Source: an uncultured Oscillospiraceae bacterium (GTDB lineage: Bacteria > Bacillota > Clostridia > Oscillospirales > QAMX01). Taken from it: a stretch of DNA of 64,000 nt. Location: NCBI GenBank assembly GCA_964515055.1, contig CAZEUG010000001.1, positions 21,921-85,920 of the forward strand, read 5' to 3'. The notes beneath the pieces are model-generated. The model was given only the letters and a program-made list of their open reading frames with translations, was not told the origin of the DNA and searched no databases. Below are positions 9,790 to 19,259 of the stretch, piece after piece; positions within the stretch are counted from its first letter, which is position 1; each line of letters starts with the position of its first letter. Both the position numbers and the translations under genes were made by a program.

Positions 9790-10620
9790 ATGCGGCATGT
9801 TTTTCAAAAAAAAGCGATGTGGGTTGCGATTCTCCTGATCGTCGTGGTGCTGGTGACTTCAGCTGCACTGTCCATCTTTTCCGAAGGCACCTCTCTGCCA
9901 TACCGCATCGCCAATACGATCGTTGCGCCGTTCCAAAAGGGCTTCACCGCCGTCAAAAACGGCATCACATCCTTCTGGGACGCCCAGACACAGTATGAAG
10001 CGTTGCTGGAGGAAAATGAAGCGCTGCGTGATGAAATCCGCGAACTCAAACAGCTGATCAATGACGCATCGCGCTATCAGGAGGAAAATGAACAGCTGCG
10101 TGAACTGCTGAATATCCGCGAAGAACACGTCAACCTTTCCATTGATACCGCTTCTGTTATTGCGTGGAACGATACGGCGTGGTCCTCGTCCTTTACCATC
10201 GACCGCGGCACGCGGGACGGCGTTCTGGTCGGCTGCGCTGTAATGACGCAAGACGGCCTGGCCGGTGTGGTCATTCAAGCCGATGCGTCAACGGCGGAAG
10301 TTCGAACGATCGTGGACTCCAACTTCAGCGCCGGAGCCCAGATTGCGGACAGCGGCCTGCTGGCATCGGCCAACGGAACCTTTCGCCTGATGAAAAACGG
10401 CCGACTGCGGTTGGAAATGCTTCCGCTGAACAGCGCCGTCAAGGTCGGCGACCAGGTCATCACCTCCGGCATCGGTTCGATGTTCCCGCCGGAGCTGATC
10501 ATCGGCGAGATCGTGTCTGTCGGCACGGAAGCGGACGGCATGAGCCTGTATGCGGAGGTGGCACCGGCTGCACGGCTGGATGAGCTGAAGCAGGTTTTTG
10601 TCGTATTGTCCTTTGAATGA
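9790..10620 (+). CDS. mreC: Rod shape-determining protein MreC
   Basis: N-terminal TM, a coiled coil (LLEENEALRDEIRELKQL), and C-terminal beta domains with the VITSGIGSMFPPELIIGEI motif. RBS GGGAGGTG precedes the ATG at 9790. Confidence 0.88.
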   Translation: MRHVFQKKAMWVAILLIVVVLVTSAALSIFSEGTSLPYRIANTIVAPFQKGFTAVKNGITSFWDAQTQYEALLEENEALRDEIRELKQLINDASRYQEENEQLRELLNIREEHVNLSIDTASVIAWNDTAWSSSFTIDRGTRDGVLVGCAVMTQDGLAGVVIQADASTAEVRTIVDSNFSAGAQIADSGLLASANGTFRLMKNGRLRLEMLPLNSAVKVGDQVITSGIGSMFPPELIIGEIVSVGTEADGMSLYAEVAPAARLDELKQVFVVLSFE

Positions 10621-10635
10621 CAGGCGGTGTGAACG

Positions 10636-11163
10636 ATGCAGATCTTTCGAAAGGATCGAATCCTGAAAATACTGGCCTATTTGCTCCTGACCGTTCTGAC
10701 GGCAGCGCTGGAGACCTCCGTCCTCTCCAACTGGCGCATTCTGGGCGCAACACCCGAACTGCTCCCGTTTATTGCCGCGGCGGCTGCCGTGTACGAAGGG
10801 CCGATGGCGGCGGTCGGGTCCGGCTTCTTTGTCGGTCTGCTGATGGACGGCCTCGGCGCAAAAAGCCTCTGGTGGTATACCGTCTCCATGACGGGAATGT
10901 CGACGCTGATCGCGGCCATTTCCCCGCACCTGTTTCGCCCGCGATGGACAACGGCGCTGCTCTGGGGCGCACTGATGCAGCTGATCAGTGAGTTTTTCCG
11001 CTTCTTTGTCGTGTTTTACCTGTTTTCTAAAGCGGATCTGTCAGCCGTTGTGACGGTGCTTCTGCCGCAACTGCTCATTTCCACACTGTTGTCGCCGCTG
11101 ATTATTGCACCGCTCGCGGCATTGCATCGGGTCTGTCAACGGGATACGTCCCTCTTTCGCTGA
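10636..11163 (+). CDS. mreD: Rod shape-determining protein MreD
   Basis: Small polytopic membrane protein immediately after mreC. Confidence 0.8.
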   Translation: MQIFRKDRILKILAYLLLTVLTAALETSVLSNWRILGATPELLPFIAAAAAVYEGPMAAVGSGFFVGLLMDGLGAKSLWWYTVSMTGMSTLIAAISPHLFRPRWTTALLWGALMQLISEFFRFFVVFYLFSKADLSAVVTVLLPQLLISTLLSPLIIAPLAALHRVCQRDTSLFR

Positions 11164-11199
11164 AGCTGGACTCCGATGACCTGACCAGGAGGATTCAAA

Positions 11200-13236
11200 A
11201 TGAACCGTACCAATCATACGCTGTGGCGCGTCTGCCTTGTCGGCCTGATGGCGATTGCATTGACCATCACCATGGCGGTTCGGCTGCTGCGCCTGCAATT
11301 GACAGCGGCAGCGGAGGCCGATTCCTCGGCCAGGGTTGGCAATACCACCCTGTATACCCGAACCATTCCGGCCGTGCGCGGCGAAATCCTTGATCGCTAC
11401 GGCCGAAAGCTGGTGGCGAATCAGATCACCTGGCAGGTGGAATTTGCCTATCGCCTCTGGAGCAAATCGGCTCAAAATGACGTGCTGACCGAACTGATAG
11501 CTCTCTGTGGTGCGCATGGTCGGGTCTATGATGATCATCTGCCCATTCAGGCAGACGGCAATACCTTTCGGCCGGAAATCAGTGAAGACGATCAGCAGCG
11601 CTGGAGCCGTTTTCTGACGGCCCGCGAATGGGCGGAGACGCTGTCCGCTGCGGAGCTGATGTCCAGCCTGTGCGAGCGATACGGAATCGATGCAGAGCTC
11701 CCGCCGGAAACACAGCGCGCACTCGTCGGAATCCGATACGATATGGAGACCGGCCGCTTTTCCAATCTGGAACCGTTCGTCTTCCTGACGGATATCTCCA
11801 CCGAGCTCGGCATCTGCATCCGGGAACAGGCGGAACACCTGCCTGGCATCCAGATCACCAGCGTGGCGAAACGCGAATACCAGACGCCCTACGCGGCACA
11901 CCTCCTCGGCTACCTCGGCCCCATCAGCCGATCGGAGTACGAGGCACTTTCTGTGGAAGGCTATCAGCTGAACGACCGAATTGGTCGGGACGGGGTGGAA
12001 AAGGCCTTTGAATCGGAGCTGCACGGACAGGACGGGTATGAAAAGCTCCGCCTGGCATCGGATGGCCACGTCGTCGACATCGCCGATGAACAGCCGGCAC
12101 AGGCCGGCAACAACGTGATGCTCACGATTGATATTCGCCTGCAGGGCGCTGTCGAGCGCGCACTGGCCGAACAGATTGAACTGATGGTCGCCGAGGGCGT
12201 TGAGGACCCCACCAAGGCGCAGGACGTCGCGGGCGGCGCAGCCGCCGTTGTGGATGTCCGAACGGGGGATGTTCTCGCGCTGGCCTCCTATCCGACCTAT
12301 GACCTGTCGCGCTTCAACGAGCTGTTTTCGGAGCTGAACAGCGACCCGCTGACGCCTATGCTCAACCGCGCTGTCAGCGGCATCTATTCTCCGGGCTCCA
12401 TCTTCAAAATGGTGACGGCTGTGGCCGGGCTGGAGCTGGGGATTATCACGCCGGAAACCGTTATTGCGGATACCGGCATCTACCGATTCTACGATGACTA
12501 CCAGCCGACCTGCTGGCTTTACAGCGCATCCCGCATGACGCACGGCGATGAAACCGTCGTGACGGCACTGCGCGATTCCTGCAACATCTTTTTCTTTGAT
12601 ATCGGCCGCCAGATCGGCATCGAACAGCTGGCGGATTATGCCCGCGGCTTCGGCTTTGGCCAGTATACGGGCATCGAACTAAGCGGGGAATCCCGCGGCT
12701 ATGTGGCTTCTCCGGAGGTGAAGCAGAAGCTGGAGGGCAGCGCATGGGTCAGCGGTGACACGCTGGCCGCCGCCATCGGACAGTCCTCCAACCTGTTCAC
12801 GCCGCTGCAAATGGCCAGCTACATCGCAACGCTGGCCAATGGCGGAACGCGCTATGAAACGCATCTGCTGAAGTATGTCTGCAGCAACGATTATTCCTCC
12901 GTCCTCTCGGCAACGCAGTCTGTGATCGCAGGCCGCGTCGATCTGTCGGAGCAGACCTACCGGACAGTTATGGAGGGAATGTCTGAGGTGACGGAAAACG
13001 GCACCGCAGCCAGCTCATTCAAAAACTACAGCATCCACGTCGGCGGCAAAACCGGCTCGGCACAGGTCTCATCCGGCACGGCCAACAGCGTGTTTGCCGC
13101 ATTTGCACCGTTTGACGATCCGGAAATTGCCGTGGTTGTCATTGTCGAGCACGGCGGCTCCGGCAACCGGATTGCGCCGATTGCGCGCAGCATCTTTGAT
13201 GCATATTTCGAACTCAGCGCGCAGTATGAACGCTGA
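11200..13236 (+). CDS. mrdA: Penicillin-binding protein 2 (class B transpeptidase)
   Basis: N-terminal TM. SxxK (PGSIFKM), SxN (RDSCN) and KTG (GGKTGSAQ) motifs. Located after mreCD. Confidence 0.9.
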   Translation: MNRTNHTLWRVCLVGLMAIALTITMAVRLLRLQLTAAAEADSSARVGNTTLYTRTIPAVRGEILDRYGRKLVANQITWQVEFAYRLWSKSAQNDVLTELIALCGAHGRVYDDHLPIQADGNTFRPEISEDDQQRWSRFLTAREWAETLSAAELMSSLCERYGIDAELPPETQRALVGIRYDMETGRFSNLEPFVFLTDISTELGICIREQAEHLPGIQITSVAKREYQTPYAAHLLGYLGPISRSEYEALSVEGYQLNDRIGRDGVEKAFESELHGQDGYEKLRLASDGHVVDIADEQPAQAGNNVMLTIDIRLQGAVERALAEQIELMVAEGVEDPTKAQDVAGGAAAVVDVRTGDVLALASYPTYDLSRFNELFSELNSDPLTPMLNRAVSGIYSPGSIFKMVTAVAGLELGIITPETVIADTGIYRFYDDYQPTCWLYSASRMTHGDETVVTALRDSCNIFFFDIGRQIGIEQLADYARGFGFGQYTGIELSGESRGYVASPEVKQKLEGSAWVSGDTLAAAIGQSSNLFTPLQMASYIATLANGGTRYETHLLKYVCSNDYSSVLSATQSVIAGRVDLSEQTYRTVMEGMSEVTENGTAASSFKNYSIHVGGKTGSAQVSSGTANSVFAAFAPFDDPEIAVVVIVEHGGSGNRIAPIARSIFDAYFELSAQYER

Positions 13237-13257
13237 AGGAAGGGTAGGGGAGAAACG

Positions 13258-13998
13258 ATGAGTCGCTCAAACTTCTATGCCGTTGTTTCCGGAAAGGGTG
13301 GCACGGGCAAAACCACCGTCTGCGCGGCGGTGGCCTCCGCACTGTCGCAGCTGGGCAGACGCGTGTGTGCAATTGACCTGGATATCGGCCTGCACAATCT
13401 CGACCTCGCGCTCGGCCTGCAGGATCAGGCCATCTTCAACCTCGGCGATGTGGCAGCCGGACGCGCTGAACTGGATACCGCGCTGCTGCCCTGTGAAGGA
13501 TTGCCCAACCTGTCTGTTCTGGCCGCACCGGCAGACTACGCCGACCTCCTCGCCGGCATTCATCTGGATGCCGTCATGGACGAGCTGTCCAAACGCTTTC
13601 AATACTGCTTGATCGATGCCCCGGCCGGTATCGGACGCGGCTTCGATCTGACGGTTCGCTATGCCAGCCATGCGCTGGTTGTTTCCACACCGGATACCCC
13701 CTGTATGTCGGACTCTGCGACGGCTGCCGAAAAGCTGCGGGCAGCCGGAGTTGAGGATGCGCGCCTGGTGCTGAACCGTGTGGTTCGCCGTATGATTCGC
13801 AAAAAGAACGCACACAACATCGATGAGGCAATGGACTGGATCGGCTTGCCGCTGGCCGGAATCGTCTTTGAAAACTCAGCCATCACAGCGGCCTTCAATC
13901 GATGCAAGCCGCTCATGCTGACAGGCGAAAAAGCAACCGCTGATTTTCGGGAAATCGCCAGACGGCTGGAGGGTTTCCCGATTCGCCCAAAATTTTAG
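13258..13998 (+). CDS. minD: MinD-type septum site-determining ATPase (short form)
   Basis: Deviant Walker A SGKGGTGKTT, DLDIGLHNLDLALG and LVLNRV motifs. It ends about 8 residues after the conserved IARRL segment. Confidence 0.8.
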   Translation: MSRSNFYAVVSGKGGTGKTTVCAAVASALSQLGRRVCAIDLDIGLHNLDLALGLQDQAIFNLGDVAAGRAELDTALLPCEGLPNLSVLAAPADYADLLAGIHLDAVMDELSKRFQYCLIDAPAGIGRGFDLTVRYASHALVVSTPDTPCMSDSATAAEKLRAAGVEDARLVLNRVVRRMIRKKNAHNIDEAMDWIGLPLAGIVFENSAITAAFNRCKPLMLTGEKATADFREIARRLEGFPIRPKF

Positions 13999-14020
13999 CC
14001 GTCTTTTTTGCAAAACGGGC

Positions 14021-14048
14021 TTGAAAAATCCCAAAAATATTGTATAAT
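14021..14048 (+). promoter_or_regulatory. SigA-type promoter for mgsA
   Basis: TTGAAA, a 16-nt spacer, then TATAAT. Confidence 0.5.
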
Positions 14049-14122
14049 AAAGAGGTAGAAGGTTTTGCTGCGAAATTCGGGCGGCTTTGCCCGGCGCTGG
14101 TAAACAGAAACGGAGAACAACC

Positions 14123-14527
14123 ATGAACATTGCCCTGATTGCACACGATAAGAAAAAGGAACTGATGGTTCAGATCTGCATCGCATACTGTGGAATTCTG
14201 TCCAAACATAATATTTTTGCCACGGAAACAACCGGTAAGCTGGTCGCTGAGGCGACAGGGCTGCGGGTTCACCGGTTCCTGTCCGGCGCACAGGGCGGAG
14301 ATCAGCAGATCGGTATGCGGATTGCCTACAACGAAATCGACATGGTCATCTTCTTCCGCGATCCTGTGACACAGGGGCCGAATGAACCGGATGTCAACAG
14401 TCTGCTGAAGCTGTGCGATATCCATAATGTCCCGATTGCAACCAACGTGGCCACGGCAGAGGTACTGATTCTTGGCATGAATCGCGGCGATCTGGACTGG
14501 CGCGACATTGTAAATCCCAAAAACTGA
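14123..14527 (+). CDS. mgsA: Methylglyoxal synthase
   Basis: [15 protein letters not shown]...GGDQQIG...[12 protein letters not shown] is a typical MgsA sequence. A GGAG RBS precedes the ATG at 14123. Confidence 0.9.
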   Translation: MNIALIAHDKKKELMVQICIAYCGILSKHNIFATETTGKLVAEATGLRVHRFLSGAQGGDQQIGMRIAYNEIDMVIFFRDPVTQGPNEPDVNSLLKLCDIHNVPIATNVATAEVLILGMNRGDLDWRDIVNPKN

Positions 14528-14567
14528 TTGTTTCCTGAAAAAAAGCAAAAAAATTCCGGATACCCCC

Positions 14568-14595
14568 TTGACTTTTCCCGATAGTGTGCTATAAT
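14568..14595 (+). promoter_or_regulatory. SigA-type promoter for rpmG-secE-nusG
   Basis: TTGACT, a 16-nt spacer, then TATAAT with a TGc extended -10. Confidence 0.65.
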
Positions 14596-14673
14596 ATTAG
14601 TACCTATAGAGAAAGGTCTTATTTTTTTGGCCTTTTTTAGGGAGGCAAAACTTTAAGGAGGTGCCGTTAAATC

Positions 14674-14823
14674 ATGAGAGTCAGAATCACTCTCGCCTGC
14701 ACGGAGTGCAAACAGCGGAACTATGACACAATGAAAAACAAAAAGCATACCCCCGACCGGCTTGAGCGGAACAAGTACTGCAGATTCTGCCGCAAGCATA
14801 CCCTGCACAGAGAGACGAAGTAA
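14674..14823 (+). CDS. rpmG: 50S ribosomal protein L33 (49 aa, below the ORF-track cutoff)
   Basis: Own translation: [59 protein letters not shown] 8 nt upstream. Canonical position before secE-nusG. Confidence 0.92.
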   Translation: MRVRITLACTECKQRNYDTMKNKKHTPDRLERNKYCRFCRKHTLHRETK

Positions 14824-14851
14824 GGTCTCTGCTGCTATGAAATGAGAAAGG

Positions 14852-15157
14852 GTGAAGAAAGTGGCGGATCGCGGTAAAACGGACAAGCTGGAAGCAGTTG
14901 AAATGAAAACTGCGGAAAGCGCGAAAAACAGCAAAGAAAAGAAAAAGCCGAACTTTTTTCAGCGGGTCGGATCGCGGATCAAGAAATGGTTCAAGGAGCT
15001 GAAAAGCGAGGCCAAAAAGGTGACATGGCCGACATTCCATCAGGTTGTCAAGAACACACTCGTTGTGTTTGCCGTGGTGGTTGTTGTCGGAGTTGTCATT
15101 CTGCTGGCAGATGTCGCTTTCAGAAACGGCCTTGATCTGATCATCAGCTTATTTTAG
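14852..15157 (+). CDS. secE: Preprotein translocase subunit SecE
   Basis: Lys-rich N-terminus, the KKVTWPT motif and a single C-terminal TM. Located between rpmG and nusG. The exact start is uncertain (GTG at 14852 or 14861). Confidence 0.85.
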   Translation: MKKVADRGKTDKLEAVEMKTAESAKNSKEKKKPNFFQRVGSRIKKWFKELKSEAKKVTWPTFHQVVKNTLVVFAVVVVVGVVILLADVAFRNGLDLIISLF

Positions 15158-15188
15158 CGCGTAAACGCTGAACAAAAGGAGAACCTTC

Positions 15189-15728
15189 ATGTCGGAAGAA
15201 GCGAAATGGTACGTCATTCACACCTATTCCGGTTACGAGAACAAGGTGGCCAAGACAATTGAAAAAACCGTCGAAAACAGACATCTTGAAGAGCTGTTTC
15301 AGGATATCATGATTCCAACGGAAAAGGTTACCGAGATTCACGAAAACAAGGACGGCGATCAGACGGAAGTCCAGGTGGAGCGTAAGACCTATCCGGGCTA
15401 TGTCATGGTCAAAATGGTGATGAACGATGAAACGTGGCACGTTGTCCGCAACGTCCGCGGCGTCACCAGCTTCGTCGGTCCCGGTTCCAAGCCGGTGCCC
15501 CTGTCCGAAGCCGAAGTCATTCAGCTCGGCGGTGAACGCACCGCAGCTGCGGCTCCTGCTTACCAGATTGGCGATATTGTCCGGATTTGCGAAGGGATGC
15601 TGGAAGGCTTTTCCGGCACCGTCGAAGCAGTATCCACAGACAATACCAAGGTCAGCGTGAAAGTCATCATGTTTGGCCGGGAACAGGTCGTCGAGCTGGA
15701 TACGGAACAGGTCGAACTTGATATGTAA
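15189..15728 (+). CDS. nusG: Transcription termination/antitermination factor NusG
   Basis: KWYVIHTYSGYENKV NGN domain and a C-terminal KOW domain (GDIVRICEGMLEGFSGTVE). Confidence 0.95.
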   Translation: MSEEAKWYVIHTYSGYENKVAKTIEKTVENRHLEELFQDIMIPTEKVTEIHENKDGDQTEVQVERKTYPGYVMVKMVMNDETWHVVRNVRGVTSFVGPGSKPVPLSEAEVIQLGGERTAAAAPAYQIGDIVRICEGMLEGFSGTVEAVSTDNTKVSVKVIMFGREQVVELDTEQVELDM

Positions 15729-15782
15729 GTCATGATTCCCCGCGTTTTTTGTTTTTACAATGTTAGGAGGTTTCGCTAGACT

Positions 15783-16208
15783 ATGGCGCAAAAAGTAGTC
15801 GGTTATGTAAAATTCCAGATCAACGCCGGTAAGGCAGTCGCCGGTCCTCCGGTTGGCCCTGCACTGGCGCCGTATGGTATCAGTCTTCCAAATTTTGTCA
15901 AGGAGTTCAACGAGCGTACAAAGAACGACATTGGCTTCAAAGTTCCTGTTGTCGTCACCATTTACGCAGACCGTACGTTCACCTTTATTACGAAATCCCC
16001 ACCGGCAGCTGCACTGATCAAAAAAGCGTGCGGCCTTGAAAGCGGTTCCGGCGTTCCGAACAAGACAAAGGTTGCAACCATCAGCAAGGAAGATATCCGC
16101 AAAATCGCGGAAACCAAGATGAACGACCTGAATGCCAAGGATCTCGAAGGTGCCATGAGCATGATTGCCGGTACCTGCCGCAGCATGGGCGTTGTCGTGA
16201 AAGACTGA
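15783..16208 (+). CDS. rplK: 50S ribosomal protein L11
   Basis: [24 protein letters not shown] signature. Confidence 0.96.
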   Translation: MAQKVVGYVKFQINAGKAVAGPPVGPALAPYGISLPNFVKEFNERTKNDIGFKVPVVVTIYADRTFTFITKSPPAAALIKKACGLESGSGVPNKTKVATISKEDIRKIAETKMNDLNAKDLEGAMSMIAGTCRSMGVVVKD

Positions 16209-16312
16209 ACGATCTCAGCTTTTGGAAAAAAGCTCTCCTGATATTAGCAGGGCATGATTGCCCAGGCGGTGGGAGGATTATTCCGAAGTACCACTTTGAG
16301 GAGGAAATGTAA

Positions 16313-17014
16313 GTGCACAGAGGGAAAAATTATCTTGCAAGCGTAAATAATTACGACAAGCAGAGCCAATATGAACCGGATGACGCGCTGAAGCTCGTCA
16401 TTCAGAATGCCAAGGCAAAATTCGACGAAACCGTCGAACTGCACATCCGTTTGGGCGTTGACTCGCGCCACGCGGATCAGCAGGTCAGAGGCGCAGTCGT
16501 CCTGCCCCATGGCACCGGTAAAACCACGCGTGTCCTGGTTTTTGCCCGTGACGCCAAGGCTGCCGAAGCGCTGGAAGCCGGCGCAGACCTGGTCGGTGCC
16601 GAAGACATGGTTCAGAGAATTCAGAAGGAAAACTTCTTCGAATTTGACGCCGTTGTTGCAACCCCGGACATGATGGGCGTTGTCGGCCGCATCGGTCGTA
16701 TTCTCGGACCGAAGGGCTTGATGCCGAACCCGAAGGCCGGTACGGTTACGCCGAACGTTGCTCAGGCCGTCAAGGAACTGAAAGCCGGTAAAATCGAGTA
16801 TCGTCTCGACAGAACCAACATCATCCACTGCCCGATCGGCAAGGTTTCGTTCGGCGCTGAAAAGCTGTCCGAAAACCTGCGCACGCTGACGAACGCGGTT
16901 GTCCGCGCAAAACCGGCAGCAGCCAAGGGTCAGTACATCCGCTCCTGCGTCGTTACCTCGACGATGGGTCCGGGCGTCAAGATCAACACCGCTCGTGTGT
17001 CGGAGCTGATCTGA
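16313..17014 (+). CDS. rplA: 50S ribosomal protein L1
   Basis: [32 protein letters not shown] signature. GTG start with a GAGGAGG RBS. Confidence 0.95.
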   Translation: MHRGKNYLASVNNYDKQSQYEPDDALKLVIQNAKAKFDETVELHIRLGVDSRHADQQVRGAVVLPHGTGKTTRVLVFARDAKAAEALEAGADLVGAEDMVQRIQKENFFEFDAVVATPDMMGVVGRIGRILGPKGLMPNPKAGTVTPNVAQAVKELKAGKIEYRLDRTNIIHCPIGKVSFGAEKLSENLRTLTNAVVRAKPAAAKGQYIRSCVVTSTMGPGVKINTARVSELI

Positions 17015-17029
17015 CAAACTTTCAATGAT

Positions 17030-17250
17030 TATCGGCGCCTGAAAACAGACGCAGGTAATATATGAAAAGCCTTTTCCGAAGACAGCAGGTCGCTTTGCCG
17101 AACGGTTCCCGTGCGGCAGAGATGTAAATGCCCCTGCCGAGGAGAGAGCAGGTTGAACGAACCTATGCGCTCCTCGCTTCTCAGACCGGGACAGCGGGGA
17201 GCGTTCTTCATAATCATTCCGAAAAGGCTTTACCAAACGATTCGGAGGTG
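17030..17250 (+). promoter_or_regulatory. Probable ribosomal L10 (rplJ) autoregulatory leader RNA
   Basis: A 240-nt non-coding gap lies between rplA and the true rplJ start. It is GC-rich with many complementary segments. This is the position of the L10(L12)4-binding leader known in Firmicutes. The structure was not modelled. Confidence 0.45.
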
Positions 17251-17256
17251 AAACTC

Positions 17257-17784
17257 ATGCCAACAAGCAAGGTTCTTGCAGAAAAGCAGGCCGTCGTTGA
17301 TTCCCTGGTTGAACGCCTGCAAAACGCACAGTCCGGTGTCCTCTGCGAGTACAAGGGTATCACGGTGGAAGACGATACAGCGCTTCGCCGTGAGCTTCGC
17401 AATGCAGGCGTCCAGTACAGCGTTGTCAAAAACACGCTCCTGCGCCGCGCCGCGGACACAACCGGTCTCAATGAGATGGATCCGTTCCTCAGCGGAACGA
17501 CTGCCATCGCAACATCGGATTCCGATTTGACTGCTCCGGCCAGAATCCTGTCGGACTTTGTCAAAAAGTCCAAGTCCGGATTTGCCATCAAAGCCGGTAT
17601 TCTGGAAGGAAAGGTCATTGACGTCGCCACGGTTGAACAGCTGGCAGCACTCCCGTCCAAGGAGACACTGCTGTCCATGCTCCTCTCGGCCTTGAACGGC
17701 AATATCCGTGGCCTGGCTGTCGCACTCAATGCGATCGTCGAAAAGCAGTCCGAGGCTCCGGCCGAAGCTGCAGAAAACGCATAA
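17257..17784 (+). CDS. rplJ: 50S ribosomal protein L10
   Basis: MPTSKVLAEKQAVVDSLVERLQNAQ is a typical L10 N-terminus. RBS GGAGGTG sits 6 nt upstream of the ATG at 17257. The ORF-track start at 17128 is rejected. Confidence 0.93.
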   Translation: MPTSKVLAEKQAVVDSLVERLQNAQSGVLCEYKGITVEDDTALRRELRNAGVQYSVVKNTLLRRAADTTGLNEMDPFLSGTTAIATSDSDLTAPARILSDFVKKSKSGFAIKAGILEGKVIDVATVEQLAALPSKETLLSMLLSALNGNIRGLAVALNAIVEKQSEAPAEAAENA

Positions 17785-17832
17785 ATTGCGTCTCTCAACT
17801 GAAACAAATATAAATTACGGAGGTTAATGAAA

Positions 17833-18207
17833 ATGGCCAGCGAAAAAATTACAGCAATCGTCGAGTCCGTCAAGGGCCTGACTGTTCTTGAGCTTTCTGA
17901 GCTCGTTAAAGCAATTGAAGAAGAATTTGGTGTTTCCGCCGCTGCACCGGTTGCAGTGATGGGTGGCGCAGCAGCAGCTCCGGTCGAAGAAGAAAAGACC
18001 GAATTCACACCGGTTCTGGCCGACTTCGGCGCAAAGAAGCTGGATGTCATCAAGGTCATCCGCGAAATCACCGGTCTGGGTCTGAAAGAAGCCAAGGAAT
18101 TCGTCGAAAGCGCACCGAAGGCTGTCAAAGAGAACATTTCCAAGGAAGAAGCCGACACCATCAAAACCAAGCTGGAAGAAGCCGGCGCCAAAGTCGAAAT
18201 CAAGTAA
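17833..18207 (+). CDS. rplL: 50S ribosomal protein L7/L12
   Basis: An Ala-rich hinge and the C-terminal domain [24 protein letters not shown]. The ATG at 17833 has better spacing to the GGAGG RBS than the one at 17827. Confidence 0.95.
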   Translation: MASEKITAIVESVKGLTVLELSELVKAIEEEFGVSAAAPVAVMGGAAAAPVEEEKTEFTPVLADFGAKKLDVIKVIREITGLGLKEAKEFVESAPKAVKENISKEEADTIKTKLEEAGAKVEIK

Positions 18208-18220
18208 ATCGATTTCCAAA

Positions 18221-18252
18221 AATGCTGCGTACTCTGTACGCAGCATTTTTTT
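18221..18252 (+). terminator. Rho-independent terminator after rplL
   Basis: AATGCTGCGTA-CTCTG-TACGCAGCATT followed by a T7 run. Confidence 0.9.
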
Positions 18253-18291
18253 GGACTCCCTACCGGGGACAGAAAGAGACAGGATAAAAAT

Positions 18292-19080
18292 ATGTTGGCA
18301 AACTACCATACTCATACCGTCCGCTGCCATCACGCAAAGGGGACGGAACGCGAATACATTGAACACGCCATTGAACAGGGACTCCGAATTCTGGGCTTTT
18401 CGGATCATGCGCCCTATTGCTTCCAAAATGGTTACATCTCCAATTTCCGGATGGGTCTGGAAGACTTCGAAGGCTATTGCCAGACGCTGAGCGACCTGAA
18501 GGCCGAATACCGCGGCCAGATTGAATTGCACATCGGCCTGGAAATGGAATACTACCCCTCGATTTTTGAGAAAACACTCGACTGGATGCGCGGCAGCCCG
18601 ATCGAATACCTGATTCTCGGCCAGCACTTCCTCGGCGATGAAGACGGAGAACCGTACAGCGGCAGCCCGAATAACGACGAAGCCACGATTCAACGTTACC
18701 TCGATCAGACGACAGAGGCGCTGAAAACCGGCTGCTATACCTATTTTGCACACCCGGATCTGATTCGCGGCAACGTGTCGCCGGAATTTTACCGCGCTGC
18801 CATGACCCGCCTCTGCGAAATGGCCAAACAACTGCACATCCCGATGGAACTGAACCTGCTGGGCGTCGGCGAACGCCGCGCCTACCCAAACGATGTGTTC
18901 TGGTCGATTGTCCATGAGGTCGGCTGCGACGTCGTCATCGGCTGCGATGCGCACGCACCGGAAAACGTCCCCGCGCCGCCCGTCCTGCAGGAAGCGTATG
19001 CGTATCTGGAACGCTTCGGACTGGCCCCCATGCAAACGGTCGCACTGCAAAACCCGTTTGCGCCGCGTGAATTTGCCTGA
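18292..19080 (+). CDS. PHP-domain histidinol-phosphatase family protein (HisJ-like)
   Basis: The N-terminal YHTHTVRCHHA metal-binding motif and FSDHAPY are typical of HisJ-family PHP phosphatases. Confidence 0.8.
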   Translation: MLANYHTHTVRCHHAKGTEREYIEHAIEQGLRILGFSDHAPYCFQNGYISNFRMGLEDFEGYCQTLSDLKAEYRGQIELHIGLEMEYYPSIFEKTLDWMRGSPIEYLILGQHFLGDEDGEPYSGSPNNDEATIQRYLDQTTEALKTGCYTYFAHPDLIRGNVSPEFYRAAMTRLCEMAKQLHIPMELNLLGVGERRAYPNDVFWSIVHEVGCDVVIGCDAHAPENVPAPPVLQEAYAYLERFGLAPMQTVALQNPFAPREFA

Positions 19081-19093
19081 CTATCTGACCGCC

Positions 19094-19128
19094 ATCCGGC
19101 TGAAGAATTTCTTCAGCCGGATTTTTTG
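19094..19128 (+). terminator. Rho-independent terminator
   Basis: ATCCGGCTGAAG-AATT-CTTCAGCCGGAT followed by a T6 run. Confidence 0.9.
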
Positions 19129-19259
19129 ATCGCATCGTCAACAATCTCGCTTTTTCGTCCGCAGAAATCGGGTATGATAAAAACACCGTGTATGAATTTT
19201 CTGAAAAGTGTGCAAACTGTTTTGTGTCAATCAACGCGATCAGAAAGGCAGGAATCACC

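Noticed and set aside
14616-14650. Weak hairpin plus T-run (AAAGGTC...GGCCTTTTTT) in the rpmG leader, considered as a possible attenuator.
   Set aside because: The stem is only 7 bp and includes a G-U pair. The loop is AT-rich. This is insufficient evidence.
16209-16312. Possible L1-binding regulatory structure between rplK and rplA (GGGCATGATTGCCC hairpin).
   Set aside because: There is only one short hairpin, and I cannot show similarity to the 23S L1-stalk mimic from the sequence alone.
17128-17256. Upstream extensions proposed by the ORF track for rplJ (17128), the nucleotidyltransferase fusion (19188), PBP1A (45197), whiA (48907), dnaB (53551), mgsA (14087), the HMA protein (61385), the carboxypeptidase (30714) and oxidoreductase 1 (38592).
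   Set aside because: In each case an internal ATG or GTG with a well-spaced GGAGG-type RBS coincides with the start of family homology. The extension covers a leader, a terminator or the end of the neighbouring gene.
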